NCBI RefSeq assembly: GCF_000143415.4
Contig: NW_003314309.1
Coordinates: 427,459-491,458, forward strand
Reading direction: 5' to 3'
Source: Selaginella moellendorffii
Taxonomy: Eukaryota > Plantae > Lycopodiophyta
Length of the DNA stretch: 64,000 bases
Shown: piece after piece, positions 44,410-57,600 of the stretch
Layout of the letters: each line of letters opens with the position of its first letter
How positions within the stretch are numbered: the stretch's first letter is position 1
Program-made: the position numbers and the translations under genes
The notes under the pieces: generated by a model
Told to the model about the DNA's origin: nothing
Seen by the model: only the letters and a program-made list of their open reading frames with translations
Databases searched by the model: none

Positions 44410-47400
44410 TGGAAAAGGGAACATATTCATTGCGTTCCACATCTCTTCCATATGCGGTTTGCCTCTTTAATAACCTGTACCTCTTGGTTCCTTAGCAATA
44501 CTTTTTATACTAGACCATCGTCCTCATACATCATCTGTATATTGTCCCAAAAGGTGGTTGTCACGCTGGATATTACCGACTTGAAGCTTCTTTTTTGACT
44601 TAGAGCATTTGTCATGATATTGCTCTTCCTAGGATATAGAATCTCACAATCAAACTCAGTCAAAGCATTGGCCACCGACCTTGTTTTCCTTATAGGTTAG
44701 GTTGTGATAAAAAGTGTTTTGTTGCTATATTATCTGTGTATAACTTGAAGTGTCTTCTAAGGTAGTGTTGCCACTCTTTGAGCGCTTTGACTACCGCAAA
44801 CAATTCCTTTTTGTGGGTAGGCCATTTTTGCTAAGCTCTGTTCAACTTCTTCAAGAAGAATGCCACTAGGTGGTTGTCTTACTTCAAAACTATGGCCAAT
44901 GCAAAGTTTGAAGTATCCATTTTTACCTCAAAGTCTTTACCAAAGTCAAGTAATATTAATATAGGAGTCTTCCTTAATTTCTTTTTGAGGTGGACAAATG
45001 CCATTTTGTATTCCTTTTTTCATACCATTTTCTTTTTTCTTGTTTCGTTTGTTAAAAGTAGGGCTACTCTCAAATAATGTTTGATAAACTTTTAATAGTA
45101 ATTGCATAGCCCCAAAAATGCCTTTAACTCGTGTACATTTAATAGTCATTCCCATTTCGGGATTGCTTGAACCTTTTTAAGGTCCACCTTGAGCCCATCC
45201 TTGCCCATCACATGCTGGAGAAATTTTACCTTTTATTGAGCAAAGTCACATTTGCTCTCTTTAGCATATAACTTGTGTTCCCTTAGTTTCTCAAACACCT
45301 TCACCAAGTGTTCAGCATGCTCCTTTAGCATCTTGTTATAGATTAGGATGTCGTCAATATAAACAACTATAAAGTGATCTAGATAGGGTACAAAAATGTG
45401 GTTTATTAGTGCCGAAAACATTGCTAGCGCATTGCACAACCCAAAGGCCATAACTAGAAACTCAAAGCTTCTCTACCTTGTTCCACAAGTTATCCTCTTG
45501 ACATTTTCTTTTGCCACCCTAATCTAGTAGTATTTTGAACTTAGGTCAATCCTCGAGAAGTATTTTGCATTTCCTAAATTATCGAACAAGTTTTCAATCC
45601 TTGGTAAATGGTATGTGTTTTTCTTTGTATACTTATTAAGAAACCAGTAGTATATACATATATGCATAGAGCCATCTTTCTTTTTCACAAATAACACTGG
45701 TGCCCTATATGGCAACTTGCTTAACCTAATATACCCTTTATCCATTAATTTCTCAAATTGGCGTTTGAGCTCCTTAAGTTCCTTTTTGTTCAATTAATAA
45801 GGGGGATGAACCACCACCTTAGCACCCTCGACCAGCTTAATCTTATATTTTATTAGTCATGCGGGGGGTAACCCTGCTGGTAACTCCTCCCGCATGGTAT
45901 CTCAAAATTGGTTTAACACCTATTAAATCACCAAAGGTACTTCCTTTGTTCCCATTTTTTTGTTACTCCCTACTGAAAGTAAACATAAAAATGCTGCCTT
46001 GGTTCCTTTAGTGAGTTGTCCTTTTGTAGACACTAGGTTTAAGTAGGAGTCTTTGGCTTTACATTACCTTACCTTTAGATCCTAGACCTCCACCCTAGAT
46101 CATTCTCATTAGGCATTCATTTAGATCCTAGGCTTTCACCCTAAATCATTTTCCTTAGGCATGCACCAATACCACCAGGTTCCTACCTTATCTGTGTAAG
46201 GTTACCACAAACCTATTAAACTCATTGATCTTAAAAATTATGTTAAATCTTATTATGTCCAAAACGGTGAAATCTATGTCCACTTTCTATGTATGTACTT
46301 TGACTCTTGCTTGTTGAAGTACTTCATTGGTGCTTTGGCTACCTTGAACAAATTCTTGAGTCCTTAATTCTCCCAGCCGCTGCACCATTAGTCAAGTTTA
46401 TTGAACTACGTTTGTAGCTATAAAATTATCTAAAGCACCCATGTCAATAAGGATCTTAACAAAGCTACATTTGAATTTCCCTCAGAAGGTTAGTAGATTT
46501 TATGAATGACTTGTAAGTGACTACTTTTTCCATTCTACTTTAGTCACTTAATCAAACCCTTGACCATTTAGAAGAATCTCACTCACAACCTTCATAAGTC
46601 CTATTTAGGACTTGGGGACATGCTAGCCCTATGAATAGCATCTATGCCACTTAGCCTTTGCACTTGGTCTTAGTGCTCTATATGTCTGATCTCATAACCG
46701 ACACCCAAATGTGTCATCGCCATATCAGCCCATTAGGCTAAAGCCATGCCCATTCATCTTTACCACATTAGTAATCTAAGACCACCTGCATCATAGTCCC
46801 ATCTCTCAAAGACTAGGTTATTTGTCCATGAGTGGTCATCCTTTGACCACACATTAGCACCCTTAGGATGCTCGAAGTCATAGAGAACACCCTTCCCCAA
46901 TATCCATTCTTCCGTTCCCACCAAATCCCTCTTTATCCATAGTTATGCTCACCAACATTACCACTGAGTCAAGGCCCAAAGGCCCGGCCACTAAGTCCCA
47001 TTGACCTCTGGAACTTCCTCACTATGTGACTGTATCCTTGGTCACTACACCAGAGGATTACTCCTCTTCCTTTCCATAATCTAGGACTTTGGGACGATAT
47101 TTCAAGACATCGTGGCCATACATGAGCCTCATGGGTACTCTCCCCATCTTCCACCCTTAGGTGCCCTAGCAATGTGGCTAGAGCAAGGTTCTGATGAGCC
47201 ATGCTAAGTATCCAAGTAGGTAATGCCACCCATACTTGGATTAGGAGTATTGACCATTCGATCTCTCAGGGGAGCTAGAGCCGGCTCTTGAACACTTCAC
47301 TAAGTTACCCTACTTGTTTATCTATATTCACTTTAGCCTTAGATTCCTCAATGGTTATATCATCACCTAACACGTGGGTATAACTTTTTTTGGTCACATT

Positions 47401-49830
47401 AACCTTTCCTGGCTAAATTGGCTCCATTGGAGTCCTCTTCCTACTATACTTTTGGAGCTCACCAAACCCCAAGGTTTCTAGAGACAATTGCTTTGGGTTT
47501 TCACCCTCGGACTTGGACTTGGATTTGGACTCAGACTTAGACTCAAACTCGGTCTTGGACTCGGTCTCGGTCTTGGTCTCAGTGTTAGTGTCAGTCTCAG
47601 TCTCGATCTCGATCTCAACCTTGGACTGCATCTTGAATCCATTTCGGACTCAACCTCAGACTCCATCTCAGGTTCATCTTGGACTCCATCTTAGACTCCA
47701 TCTCGGGTCCATCTCAGGTCCATCTTGGATCCATATCGGACTCCATCTTGAGTCCATATTGGGTCCATCTCAGTTCCATATCAGACTCCATCTTGGACTC
47801 CATTTCAGGTCTATATCAGACTCCATCTCAGACTCCATCTCGTGTCCATATTGGGTCCATCTTAGGTCTATATCAGACTCTATCTTGAACTTCTTCTTGG
47901 ACTCCATCTCAAACTCCTTTTTAGACTCCTTTTTGGACTCATTCCTGACACTTCTATGTGTCACAACACTTGCCATATGTCAATCCTTCTTGTATCCCTT
48001 TTTAAAGGATCATTCACCGATTATTTCGTGCTCATCCCTTGAGCACTTTATTCGGAGTTCCACTCCCATTCTCGACTTTCCAAGTTAGAGCCTTTGATCC
48101 AAACATGTTATGCTTGTTGGACTTCCACTTTAATAAAATGTGTATGTATATTCCCCAATATCCCATAGGGACTAATACAAAAACTGGGCGTGCTGCCCGA
48201 AACTCACGCTACCTAATGGAAAGCTCCCTTACCAAAATGACACTAAACCTGAAGTAGAAGCAGATGCAGCCGCCTCTGTCATATCGCATCCAGATCCATG
48301 TCCCCTCTTCGTGCTCATTGCAAAATTGACTCTAGGGGCGCCATCTCCATCAAACCTCTTTGCAGTTGCCTTCATTGAAACATGGCAACCATGCTTTCTA
48401 CCATTCCTCTAGCCTCTCTAGCTTCCCTCTGTCTTGGAGGATAGCATTCCCAAGTGGCCACCGGTTCTTTGTTGGACTCTGTTGTTCTCCACCAAGACCT
48501 AGCATTATCTGCCAAGTATGGTTTTGCACATGGGACATTCTCCAAACTTGGTAACCACAACACTCAGAAGTAATCCTCCATATCGTAAAACCAATTTTCC
48601 ACCACTTTATAGTCGTTCACTCCCTTGAAGACCAGTGGGGGCTTTGATTTGTATTTGGGAACTACCTAAAGGACTGATTCCACTTTGGTTTGTTCGACCT
48701 TGTTTGGTTCTGCCTTAGTCCCCACCAAAGGGTCCATGCCTTCTGCGCTACCAGCCTTTGCAATCTTTTTCTTTTTCTTCCACTTTTTGTCATGCTTTAG
48801 CTTGCGTATGAGGGTCTCTAGCAGGGCATTGGTTTGTGCCAGTTTTCCTTCTAGAATATCCAATTGAGCCTTGGACAACTAAACCTTTCCACTGGACTCC
48901 TATTTGGAAGATTCCTCACCGGAGTCCTCCTCATGTAAGGATTCCTCATCCATAGCTTTTTGTTTGACTAGAGGCTTTAGCTTTGGAGGAGGTTCCATCT
49001 CTGCCTTGGTTCTCTTATGCTTTGCCTTATCCATCTCCTAGCAATTTGCCTCTATCCTTCACTATAACTAAGGAAAAAATTCCGATACCAAATTGTAAGC
49101 CACAAATTTTTCCTTTCTAATTTGCTAACTTACCTTATTTATTTGACCACCACAGCCTTAGCTTTAGTTAAGTTCCCTCACCAAGGTTCCTACTATTATA
49201 CTAGCTTCTACTTGGTCCTACTTGGTCTTAGCAACTCATTGCACGAACATTGGAGTGTTAACCATCCATTCACGGATTCCCAAATGCTCTCCCAACCCCT
49301 CTCCCTGGGTTAGACTAAACTTAAGGTTTAGCTACACCCACCGCATGCACAAGCAGCCAAGCACACCAAGCCTCCAGATTTCTAACATCCCTTGGTATAA
49401 CAAGACTTCATCATGGGACCCTCTAAATCCTAAGCCTTAGGTGTAACACTTGTTTCGGGACACTAGGGGGAAAACATTGTGGCTTAACGGCTTAGTATGG
49501 ATACCCCTACTCCCCCACTTCCATCCCAAAGGGAAGGCCCAAGCCTCTAGAAAGGGCGAGGACCAATGAGCCACAAGGTACTCAAGTGGGGCAACACTCC
49601 ACATGAGCTAGGAGCACTGTAGTTAGTTTCCCTTCCGAGAGTGCAAGTTGCTCTTGAGCACTTCCTTGGGTGGCACCTCTGGCACCACCTGAGTCCATAC
49701 TCACTCCCACCCAAGGCCGCTAAGCCCCAGTCTTAATCTCAAATCAATTTGGAAGCACCACTAGAGAGTTCCTTCAAGACTAATTCTTAGACCTCACTAT
49801 CCCTATTATACTTTTGGAACCCCCTGCACC
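44410..49830 (-). mobile_element. Degenerate Gypsy family D copy 2 (LTR, PBS, gag, PR, RT, RH), interrupted by a C LTR
   Basis: LTR end at 49094 with PBS TGGTATCGGA on the minus strand. Gag relic ORF 48666-48878. RT relics 45524-45793 and 45233-45451 (YIDDILIY). RH relic at ~44600-44950. Confidence 0.82.
46512..48130 (-). mobile_element. Old, 5'-truncated LTR of family C including a decayed hexamer array
   Basis: Reverse complement of the C LTR from its CTTACA end (46512) through the array (~47505-47945). Confidence 0.85.
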
Positions 49831-49849
49831 CCTTAGGCCTTATTTAATG

Positions 49850-52160
49850 CCCTTATGATACCAAACACTACTTGGTGTTTTAGAGTGTTTAGGTGTCTCA
49901 ATGATAGCTTTCTTTAACAATGAGCACTTCCCTTTTTAACATTGACTTACTATATCTCAACATAAGCAAGTTATCCCCCCCAAGAGGTACATTTAACCTT
50001 CTTATCCTAATAAGAAGTTTTGGGAAGTTAATTTTTGCCAATTCAATCAATTATATTGCACCTTTTGCTTAGTTGTCTCATAGTTGTCAAGTCCTACAAC
50101 TCATTGCTGATGGTTCCACACCTCCATCATTATTTGGGTCACCACACTTTAATTATATGCCTTCCAGCTTAGGATATATCATTCCCATTTCCATTAGAAT
50201 TTCTTTGGCAAAAGGTTCTCATGAACCTACCAACTTGACCTCAATACATCACACTTTGGCATATTTGGTGTCTCCACACCAACAGCTCTACGAGTTTACC
50301 CTTATGATACTTCCCACTTGTGTCTAAATCTTTGACAAGATAATAGTAGTTGTTTCTTATACTAACTATCAATTAACACGTAAACACAGTATTCACACAC
50401 AACTCTTCACCAAAGTTGCTTACTTTTGTGAACACCTTTCCACAACTTTAGTATGACATATTTTGCCATCAATGAGATACCCACTATTTTTATATTTGGA
50501 TCTCATGATCCCTATAACCTTTCATAATATACAACCCACCTTAGTCTAAAACCTTTCACCAATATTTTAGGAACATCCCTTGACTCTACTAAATCATCCA
50601 ACTTTTAGACTTTGTTAATCTGACAATCCATAAGGTCTTAGCCTTATGGCTACTTTTGAGGTGCTAGCTAGTTAGAATACAACTACTTGTATTCATGTCC
50701 TACTCACAAGGACCATCTTTGTAAATATTACTCTAACACTTTATTATTCTTTATTCCTTGTGGGTTACTTTTGCCCCTCAGGACTATCCGTCCAAATAAT
50801 GAGAATACTGCCTCATCTTCTAAGTACACTCTCAACTCTTTAGGTTGTTTCAACAATTATTAAAGGTAGTCCTGCCTACCATTCAAGGATTTGTGTCCTT
50901 ATCTGTATTTGACTTCCCACAATTATTAATTTTAGTTTTAAATTTATGAGCACTAGCTTCAACTATATGAGGATAATCTTGTGACTCCTTTATTGTTTTA
51001 GAGTCTCTATCTTTCCCGTAATACCAACTATAGTTATTTACCACAACCATATTAGCCAGTTTGCTAAGTCAAATGCTCATTTGGATTACATCCTCAACTC
51101 TCTAAGGAAAACCTTATACTGTTCCCAAGATCCCAAAGTCGTTCCGTTATTAGCCCCTTTCTATCTACTATATTGCCAACATGTTCATATATAAACTAAA
51201 GTGGAGACTCATGCTTTCTCGACATGCTACTCCTCAAGGATGGGCCCACTCCTGAGGCCTTCTAATGCCAATACAAGTGGTGATATACTTAACCACTAAT
51301 AAAATCGAATTAAAGAACAACTCCAACACTAAATTGTAAGTGACTAATTTTTCCATTCTACTTTAGTCACTTAACCACACCCTTGACTATTTGGAAGAGT
51401 CTCACTCACAACTTCCATAAGTCCATTCAAGATTTGGGGACATGTTAGCCCCATGAATAACATCTATGCCACTTATCCTTTACACTTAGTCCCAGTGCTT
51501 CATATGTTCGATCCCATGACTGACATTCAAAGGTGCCACTAATATATCAACCTGTTACACTAAGGCCATGCCCATTCACCCTTGCCATATTAATAGTCTA
51601 AAACCATCTGCATTACAATCTTGTTTCTCAAAGATTGGGCCATCTGTCCATGAGTGGTCATCCCTTGACCACATATTAACACCCTTAGGGTGCCCGAAGA
51701 CATAGAAAACACCTTTTCCCAATGTCCATTCTTTTATTCCCACCAAGTCCCTCTCCATCCACATCCGTACTTGCCAACACCACCACTAGGTTAAAGCCTA
51801 AAGGCCCAACCATTAAGTCCCACTGACCTTTGAGACTTCCTTATCATGTGATTGTATCTTTGGTCACTACATCAAAGGACTACTCCACTTGCTTTCTATA
51901 GTCTGGGACTTTGGGACAATATTTTCAAAATATTGTAGCTCTATGCGAGCTTCATAGGTACTCTCCCCACCTTCCACCCTTAGGTGTCCTAGCCATGTGG
52001 CTAGAGCAAGGTTCCAATAAGCCATGCTAGGTATCTAAGTAAGTAGTGCCACCTACAGTTGAATTGGGACTATCAACCATTTGATCTTTTAAGGGAGCTA
52101 GAGCCAGCTTTTGAACACTTCACCAATCTACCCCGTTTGTCTATCTGTATTCACTTTAGC
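49850..52160 (-). mobile_element. Family C fragment (3' half of LTR plus ~1.5 kb of interior)
   Basis: Reverse complement of ~30130-32420. LTR end at 51335. The spurious ORF at 50073 mirrors the one at 31960. Confidence 0.85.
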
Positions 52161-52164
52161 CTTC

Positions 52165-52548
52165 TCAGGTCTAACTCTGTTGGCTAGCTTGGGGGAATCG
52201 CACCACATGTTGATTGACATCTAGCAGGTTTAGTTTGTTCTGGCTGGGTTTGACCTGAAGGGGTATGGTGTTAAGAGAGTGAGGCTCTCAGGAGAGTTTT
52301 GGCTCTTAGCTTCCGTTCACGAGGGCGTGAACTTGCATGGAAGTATGGTGGATTGTAAGCAACCAAAGGGAACGACTCAAAAAATAATCCATAAGGATTC
52401 AAATATAAAGGGAAAAAGCCTATGAATAAAAGTGCACCCCTTTTTTTAATCGGTTAAAGGTCTTAGGATAGTTGGGGTTAAGTGTCCTTGGGTTTGAGTA
52501 GTACTAGGTTGGATGACTTCCCAAGAAGTCTAAATTCAAGAACTTACA
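52165..52548 (+). mobile_element. Partial Cassandra-like TRIM (internal region plus one 195-bp LTR with a 5S rRNA segment)
   Basis: LTR at 52354-52548 (TGTAAG...CTTACA) after PPT GGAAGTATGGTGGA. It contains GTTAAGTGTCCTTGGGTTTGAGTAGTACTAGGTTGGATGACTTCCCAAGAAGTC (52477-52530). Confidence 0.82.
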
Positions 52549-52609
52549 ATTAGTCTATGGAAATTGTCTTTTTAAAATATTCAATAGGACAATAAAACCT
52601 TCCCATCGG

Positions 52610-54490
52610 ACTTATGTTTGGAAGTTTCCTTATTGAAGTCCTTCTCATATAAGTATTCCTCATCCATAACTTTTTGTTTGACTGGAGGCTCCAACTTCAA
52701 CTTCAGAGGGGGTTCCATCTCCACCTTGATTCTCTTACACCCTGCTTTATTCATCTCCTAGCAATTCGTCTCTATCCTTCACTAAAACTAAAGGAAAGGT
52801 TTTAGTACCAAATTGTAACCTATAAATTTTTCCTTTCCAATTTGCCAGCTTATCTCATCTATCTGACCACTACTACCTTGGCTTTAATTAAGTTCCCTTG
52901 CTAAGGTTTTTGCCTATTGTACTAGCTCCTACTTGGTTTTAGTTACTCACTGCATAAGTAATAGAGTGTTAACCATCCATCCACAAATTCCTAAATTCTC
53001 TTTTAATCCCCTCCCTAAGTTAGATTAAACTTAAGGTTTGGTTATATTTCCTATAGTGTTAACCATCCATCCACAAATTCCCAAATTCTGTTTTAATCCC
53101 CCTCCCTAGGTTAGATTAAACTTAAGGTTTGGTTACACTCCCTATAAGCACAAACACCTAAGCATATCAAGCCTCCAAGTTTTAACATCCCGTGGTACAA
53201 CAAGACTTGAACATGGGACCCTCTAACTCCCAAGCCTTGGGTGCATCTCTTACTTCAAGACCCCAGGGGGAAACATTGTGGCCTAACGGTTTGGTATAAA
53301 TACCCCTACTCCCTATAAACTCCTGAGTTTGGACTTCCCAGAAGGTCACCCAACTCAGTATTATTCAAACCTAAGGATGTTTAACCCCAAATATCTTAAG
53401 ACCCTTAACCGATTGGAAAAGAGGGTGCACTCTTGTTAATGGGCCCCTTCCCTCTATATATGAACCTTTATGGATCATCTCTCGAGTCATTCCCTTTGGT
53501 TGCTTACAATTCACCATGCTTCCTTGCAAGTTCACGCCTTCATGAACAAAAACTGAAAGCCACAACTCTCCCGAGAGCCTCACTCTTTTGACACCTTACC
53601 CCTTAGGTCAAGCCGAAGTTAGAGCAAACTGGACTTGCCAAATGTCAATCAATATATGGTGTGATTCCCCCAAACCAACTAACAAAGTCATACTCGAGAC
53701 CCCTTTGATACCAAATGTAAGCTTATGAGTTTAGACTTCCCAAAAAGTCACCCAACCCAGTCTTATTCAAACCCAAGGACGCTTAACCCTAAATATCCCA
53801 AGACTCTTAACCGATTGGAAAAAAGGGTGCACCCTTGTTTATAGGCCCTTTCCCTTTATATTTGAACCCCTATGGATTGTCTCTCAAATTGTTCCTTTTA
53901 GTTGCTTACACTCTTTCACTTCCATCCTGAAGGGAAGGCTCAAGCCCTTAGGAAGGAGTAACAACTAATGAGCCACATAGTACTTAAGTGAAGCACTAAT
54001 CCACATGAGTCAAGAGCACCATAATCAATTTCCCTTCCGAGAGTGGAAGCTACTCTTGCTCTTGAGCACTTCCTTGGGTGGCCTCTTTGGCACCACCTAA
54101 TTCCATGCTCACTCCCACCCACCCCTAAACCTTAGTCCCCTAGTCCTAACTTCAAGTTAGTTCACTAGAGAGTTTCTTTAAGACTTCAAGTCGGTCCACT
54201 AGAGAGTTTCTTCAAGACTGGTTTCTAAACCTCACTATCCTTACTGTACTTGTGGAGCCCCTTACAGCCCCTCCCCCCCCCCGGGAGACGATTGGGATTT
54301 CATCCCATGACTTAATCTCGAACCCAATCTCAGATCTCAAACTCGGTTTCGAACTTGGTCTTGGACTCAGTCTCAAACTTAATCTCAGAGTTGGTCTTGG
54401 ACTCAATCTCAGACTCAATCTCGGACTCGGTCTCGAACTAAGTCTCGGAGTAAATCTTGGACTTGATCTTGCACTCGGTCTCATCTGATG
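52610..54490 (-). mobile_element. Family D long LTR plus gag start (copy 3), hosting the TRIM; includes a ~70-bp tandem duplication and a hexamer array
   Basis: LTR end at 52814 with a PBS relic. Colinear with 49094-49830. Duplicated AGTGTTAACCATCCATCC...TTTGGTTA at ~52965-53135. GAGACC/GAGTCC-like array at ~54310-54485. Confidence 0.75.
53314..53910 (-). mobile_element. Complete Cassandra-like TRIM (597 bp) with 5S rRNA-derived sequence in both LTRs
   Basis: 195-bp LTRs at 53314-53508 and 53716-53910. PBS TGGTATCA (53706-53713, minus). PPT GGAAGCATGGTGAA. Decayed TSD CTCCC/CTCTT, with an empty-site homologue at ~49505-49530. 5S-like blocks at 53331-53385 and 53733-53787. Confidence 0.88.
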
Positions 54491-54696
54491 AACTCTTTAT
54501 CATTCCGGTTGTGGTTTCATGGATCCTTTAGCCTTCAACACCTTGGGGAGTTAGTTCCTTATAGTAGGTCAAATTAAGAGCTAGTATAATAAGTGTGAAC
54601 TTTGGCAAAAGAACTTAATTGAGGCCAAGGCAAAGATGGTCAGAAAGATGAGGTAAATTGATAAATTGGAAGAAGAAAATTTATGGTTTATAACAA

Positions 54697-57600
54697 AGTG
54701 AATGACTTAATATTAGTTTATTTTCCCAATCTTATGGTACATGGTTTGTTTAAAAAACTCTTTGCTCAATGAAAAAGACCATATCAGGTGTTACAACAAG
54801 TTGAGCCACAAGTTTATGAAGTTTAACATAACATTTAATAGGCCAGTCCTCCAAAAATTGTTGTGCAATGACTGAAGCACTTCATACAAAGAGATAAAAA
54901 ATAATTGGCACCACTTATAGATCCACTAGTGCCTCCTTATTCCTCTAAATTTTGACCTATCAACTAAAGAACACTAATTGCCTTCCATCCTTATGAGAGG
55001 AGGAAATGATTTAATGTTCAATTGTATTACAATGTTATATATTAATAATAGTGTGAGGGCCAAGTGTACGCCTATGTAGCCGTATACTAATATTAGCGTA
55101 GTGGGATTTTGGTAGCTGTCGGATTGGTTTCAATCCCGACCACTCACTCCTGTATATAAGCTAGGGTTTTTGGGCTAATTAATATGCACATTTTCTTGTA
55201 TTCTCTTTCCATATTCCAAGCACTCACATTGGTGGAGATGAGGGGCACCTTTGATTGTCCCTGAGGAGTGCTTATATTTGGGATTTTGGTTTAGATTTAG
55301 CTTTTGCATCGTCTAGATCTAGCTTTTTCCATTTCCTTTCTTTTTCTTCCCTTTCAGGATTTTGGTTTAGATCTAGCTTTTTGCATTGTCTAGATCTCCC
55401 ATTTCCTTCTCGTTTTTTGTCGTTTCTTTTCTTTTGCTCTTTCTTCGTCCATCTTCATGGCAGATCAGCAATCTCCTCCTTTGACTCTAGAGCAGCAGTT
55501 GGTCCAATTGCTTGATGCTATGCACTTGCAATTGAACAACCAAACTCAATTGATGGTGGCATTCACGGCACGTGGTCCAACTCCTCCTGCTCTTGGTGCC
55601 AATCCTCGCGTTCAGCTGGAGTTCTTTCGTGGGAATCTTGGGGATGATGTGTACCATTGGTTTGATCACTTCACGGTGATTGCCACATATCATTCTTGGG
55701 ATGATGCTTGACGTTTGCGTGAGTTTCCCACGTGTCTCCAAGGGATGAGTGGTACAATGGATTGAGTGCGGCCACTCGTGGGGATTGGAGTCTTCTTCCG
55801 GACGTCTTCAAATGCGCCTTCGGACATGCCGACGATTGTGACGATGCCTTTCAACAATTGCATCGTCTTCGCCAAGGGCCATCTGAGTCAGTGATGCAAT
55901 TTAGCATTCGTTTTCAAAGTCTTTTGCTTCATGCGGAGCCCAATATGTCAGAGCGGATCAAGCTAGGAATGTTGTGGCCAGCACTTCGTCAAAATCTTGT
56001 CGGCCTTGTGCATGCACTTGCTCCTGCTACCCTTGACGATGCTCTTCCCTTGGCACAACGTTATGAAACATCGCCTCTTCCACTTCTCGCTGCACGTCCT
56101 TCTGCTCCACTTCCTATGAGTGATGGTCCTGTTCCAATGGAGGTTGATGTTGCTGCTACTCGAGTCCAAGGACAAGGGCGAGGACGTGGTCGTGGCCGTG
56201 ATGTTCGTTGCTGGGCGTGTGATGAAGTTGGTCATACTTATCGGCGTTGTCGGCGCTTTCCGGATTGGCGACCTCCATTTCCTAGGTGGAGACCTTGGCC
56301 TCAACAACATCCTGTTGGTGTTGCTACGGTGGAAGGTTTGGACACCGAGGTGCATCTGGGAAATGAGGAGTCGCGCGAGTAATGGAGGGACCTTGCGCAA
56401 ATAAGTTAGTGACCCCTCCATCTTTCTTTCGAGAGTATCATCAAGGGTTCACTCGACACCATTTCATCCAGTGTTTACTTTCCAAGCTCGTTTTTATAAC
56501 AAGAGGTCTCCTATTATTCTCTCCGTGTTGGTTGATACAGGTTCGAGTTTATCTTCTATTGCTCGACCTGTTGCCACACGTTGTCGTTTACACTTGCGTC
56601 GTGTGGTGGATCCAGTTTTCATTCTTTATGGCAACGGCCATACACATGCATGTGCACGCGATGAGGCAAACCTGGTTGTGCGTGTGGGCGATTTTGAGCT
56701 TGAATTGCAATCGTTGCGGGTGGTGCCGAGTCAAGCTTTTGACCTCATTCTTGGTATGGATTGGTTGCAGCACAATCATGCCAAGTGTGACTTTGAAGCT
56801 TCTCCCCCTTGTCTCATACTTCCTTATGTTTCATCTATTCCTCTCACTTCCGTACCTCTTCGTCCCTCTACTTCTACCTCTGCTTCCATTACTTTTGTTC
56901 CCCCACTATTTCCTCCTATGTTTCCATCTTGTTCTGCTCTTCCCTTTTCCGATCCCTCCGATGATCTTTGTGTTGCAGCTGTTGATCGGCTCATGAAGGA
57001 GTATTCTAATCTCTTTGATTTTGACCTATCGTCTGGGGCCAAGATTGCCACACGTCATCCGATTCCAACCGGGGATGCTCGTCCAATCAAGGTTCCTGTT
57101 CATCGTCGGTCACCCAAGGAGATCAAGATTTTACGTGCAAACGTCAAGGAGATGTTGGAGAAGGGTGTTATTCGGAAGTCGCGGAGTCCTTGGGCATGTG
57201 AACCTCATCTTGTGACGAAGCCTGATGGGAGTATTTGTTTCTGCATCGACTATCGTCCGTTAAATGAAGTGACGATCCCAGATGTGTACCCTCTTCCTCA
57301 CACTACTGATCTCTTGGATCGTCTAGGGCGAAGTTGTTGGTTCACCAAGCTAGATCTTGCTTCTGGGTACTGGCAAGTACCGATGGCCACAGAAGATATT
57401 CCTAAGACTACTTTTCGTACACCGTTTGGTTTGTACGAGTTCTTGGTGATGCTATTTGGCTTGAACAACGCTCCAGCAACTTTCCAGCGGATGATGGACG
57501 AGGTTCTTTGTGATATGCCAGAGGTGACTGCCAACTTCATTGATGATGTCTTGATTCACTCGGAGGGGACGTGAGAGGAGCACGTTCGTGATGTTTGTAA

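Noticed and set aside
53331-53385. Functional 5S rRNA gene
   Set aside because: Only the ~55-nt internal-promoter part is present, it is mutated, and it is embedded in TRIM LTRs.
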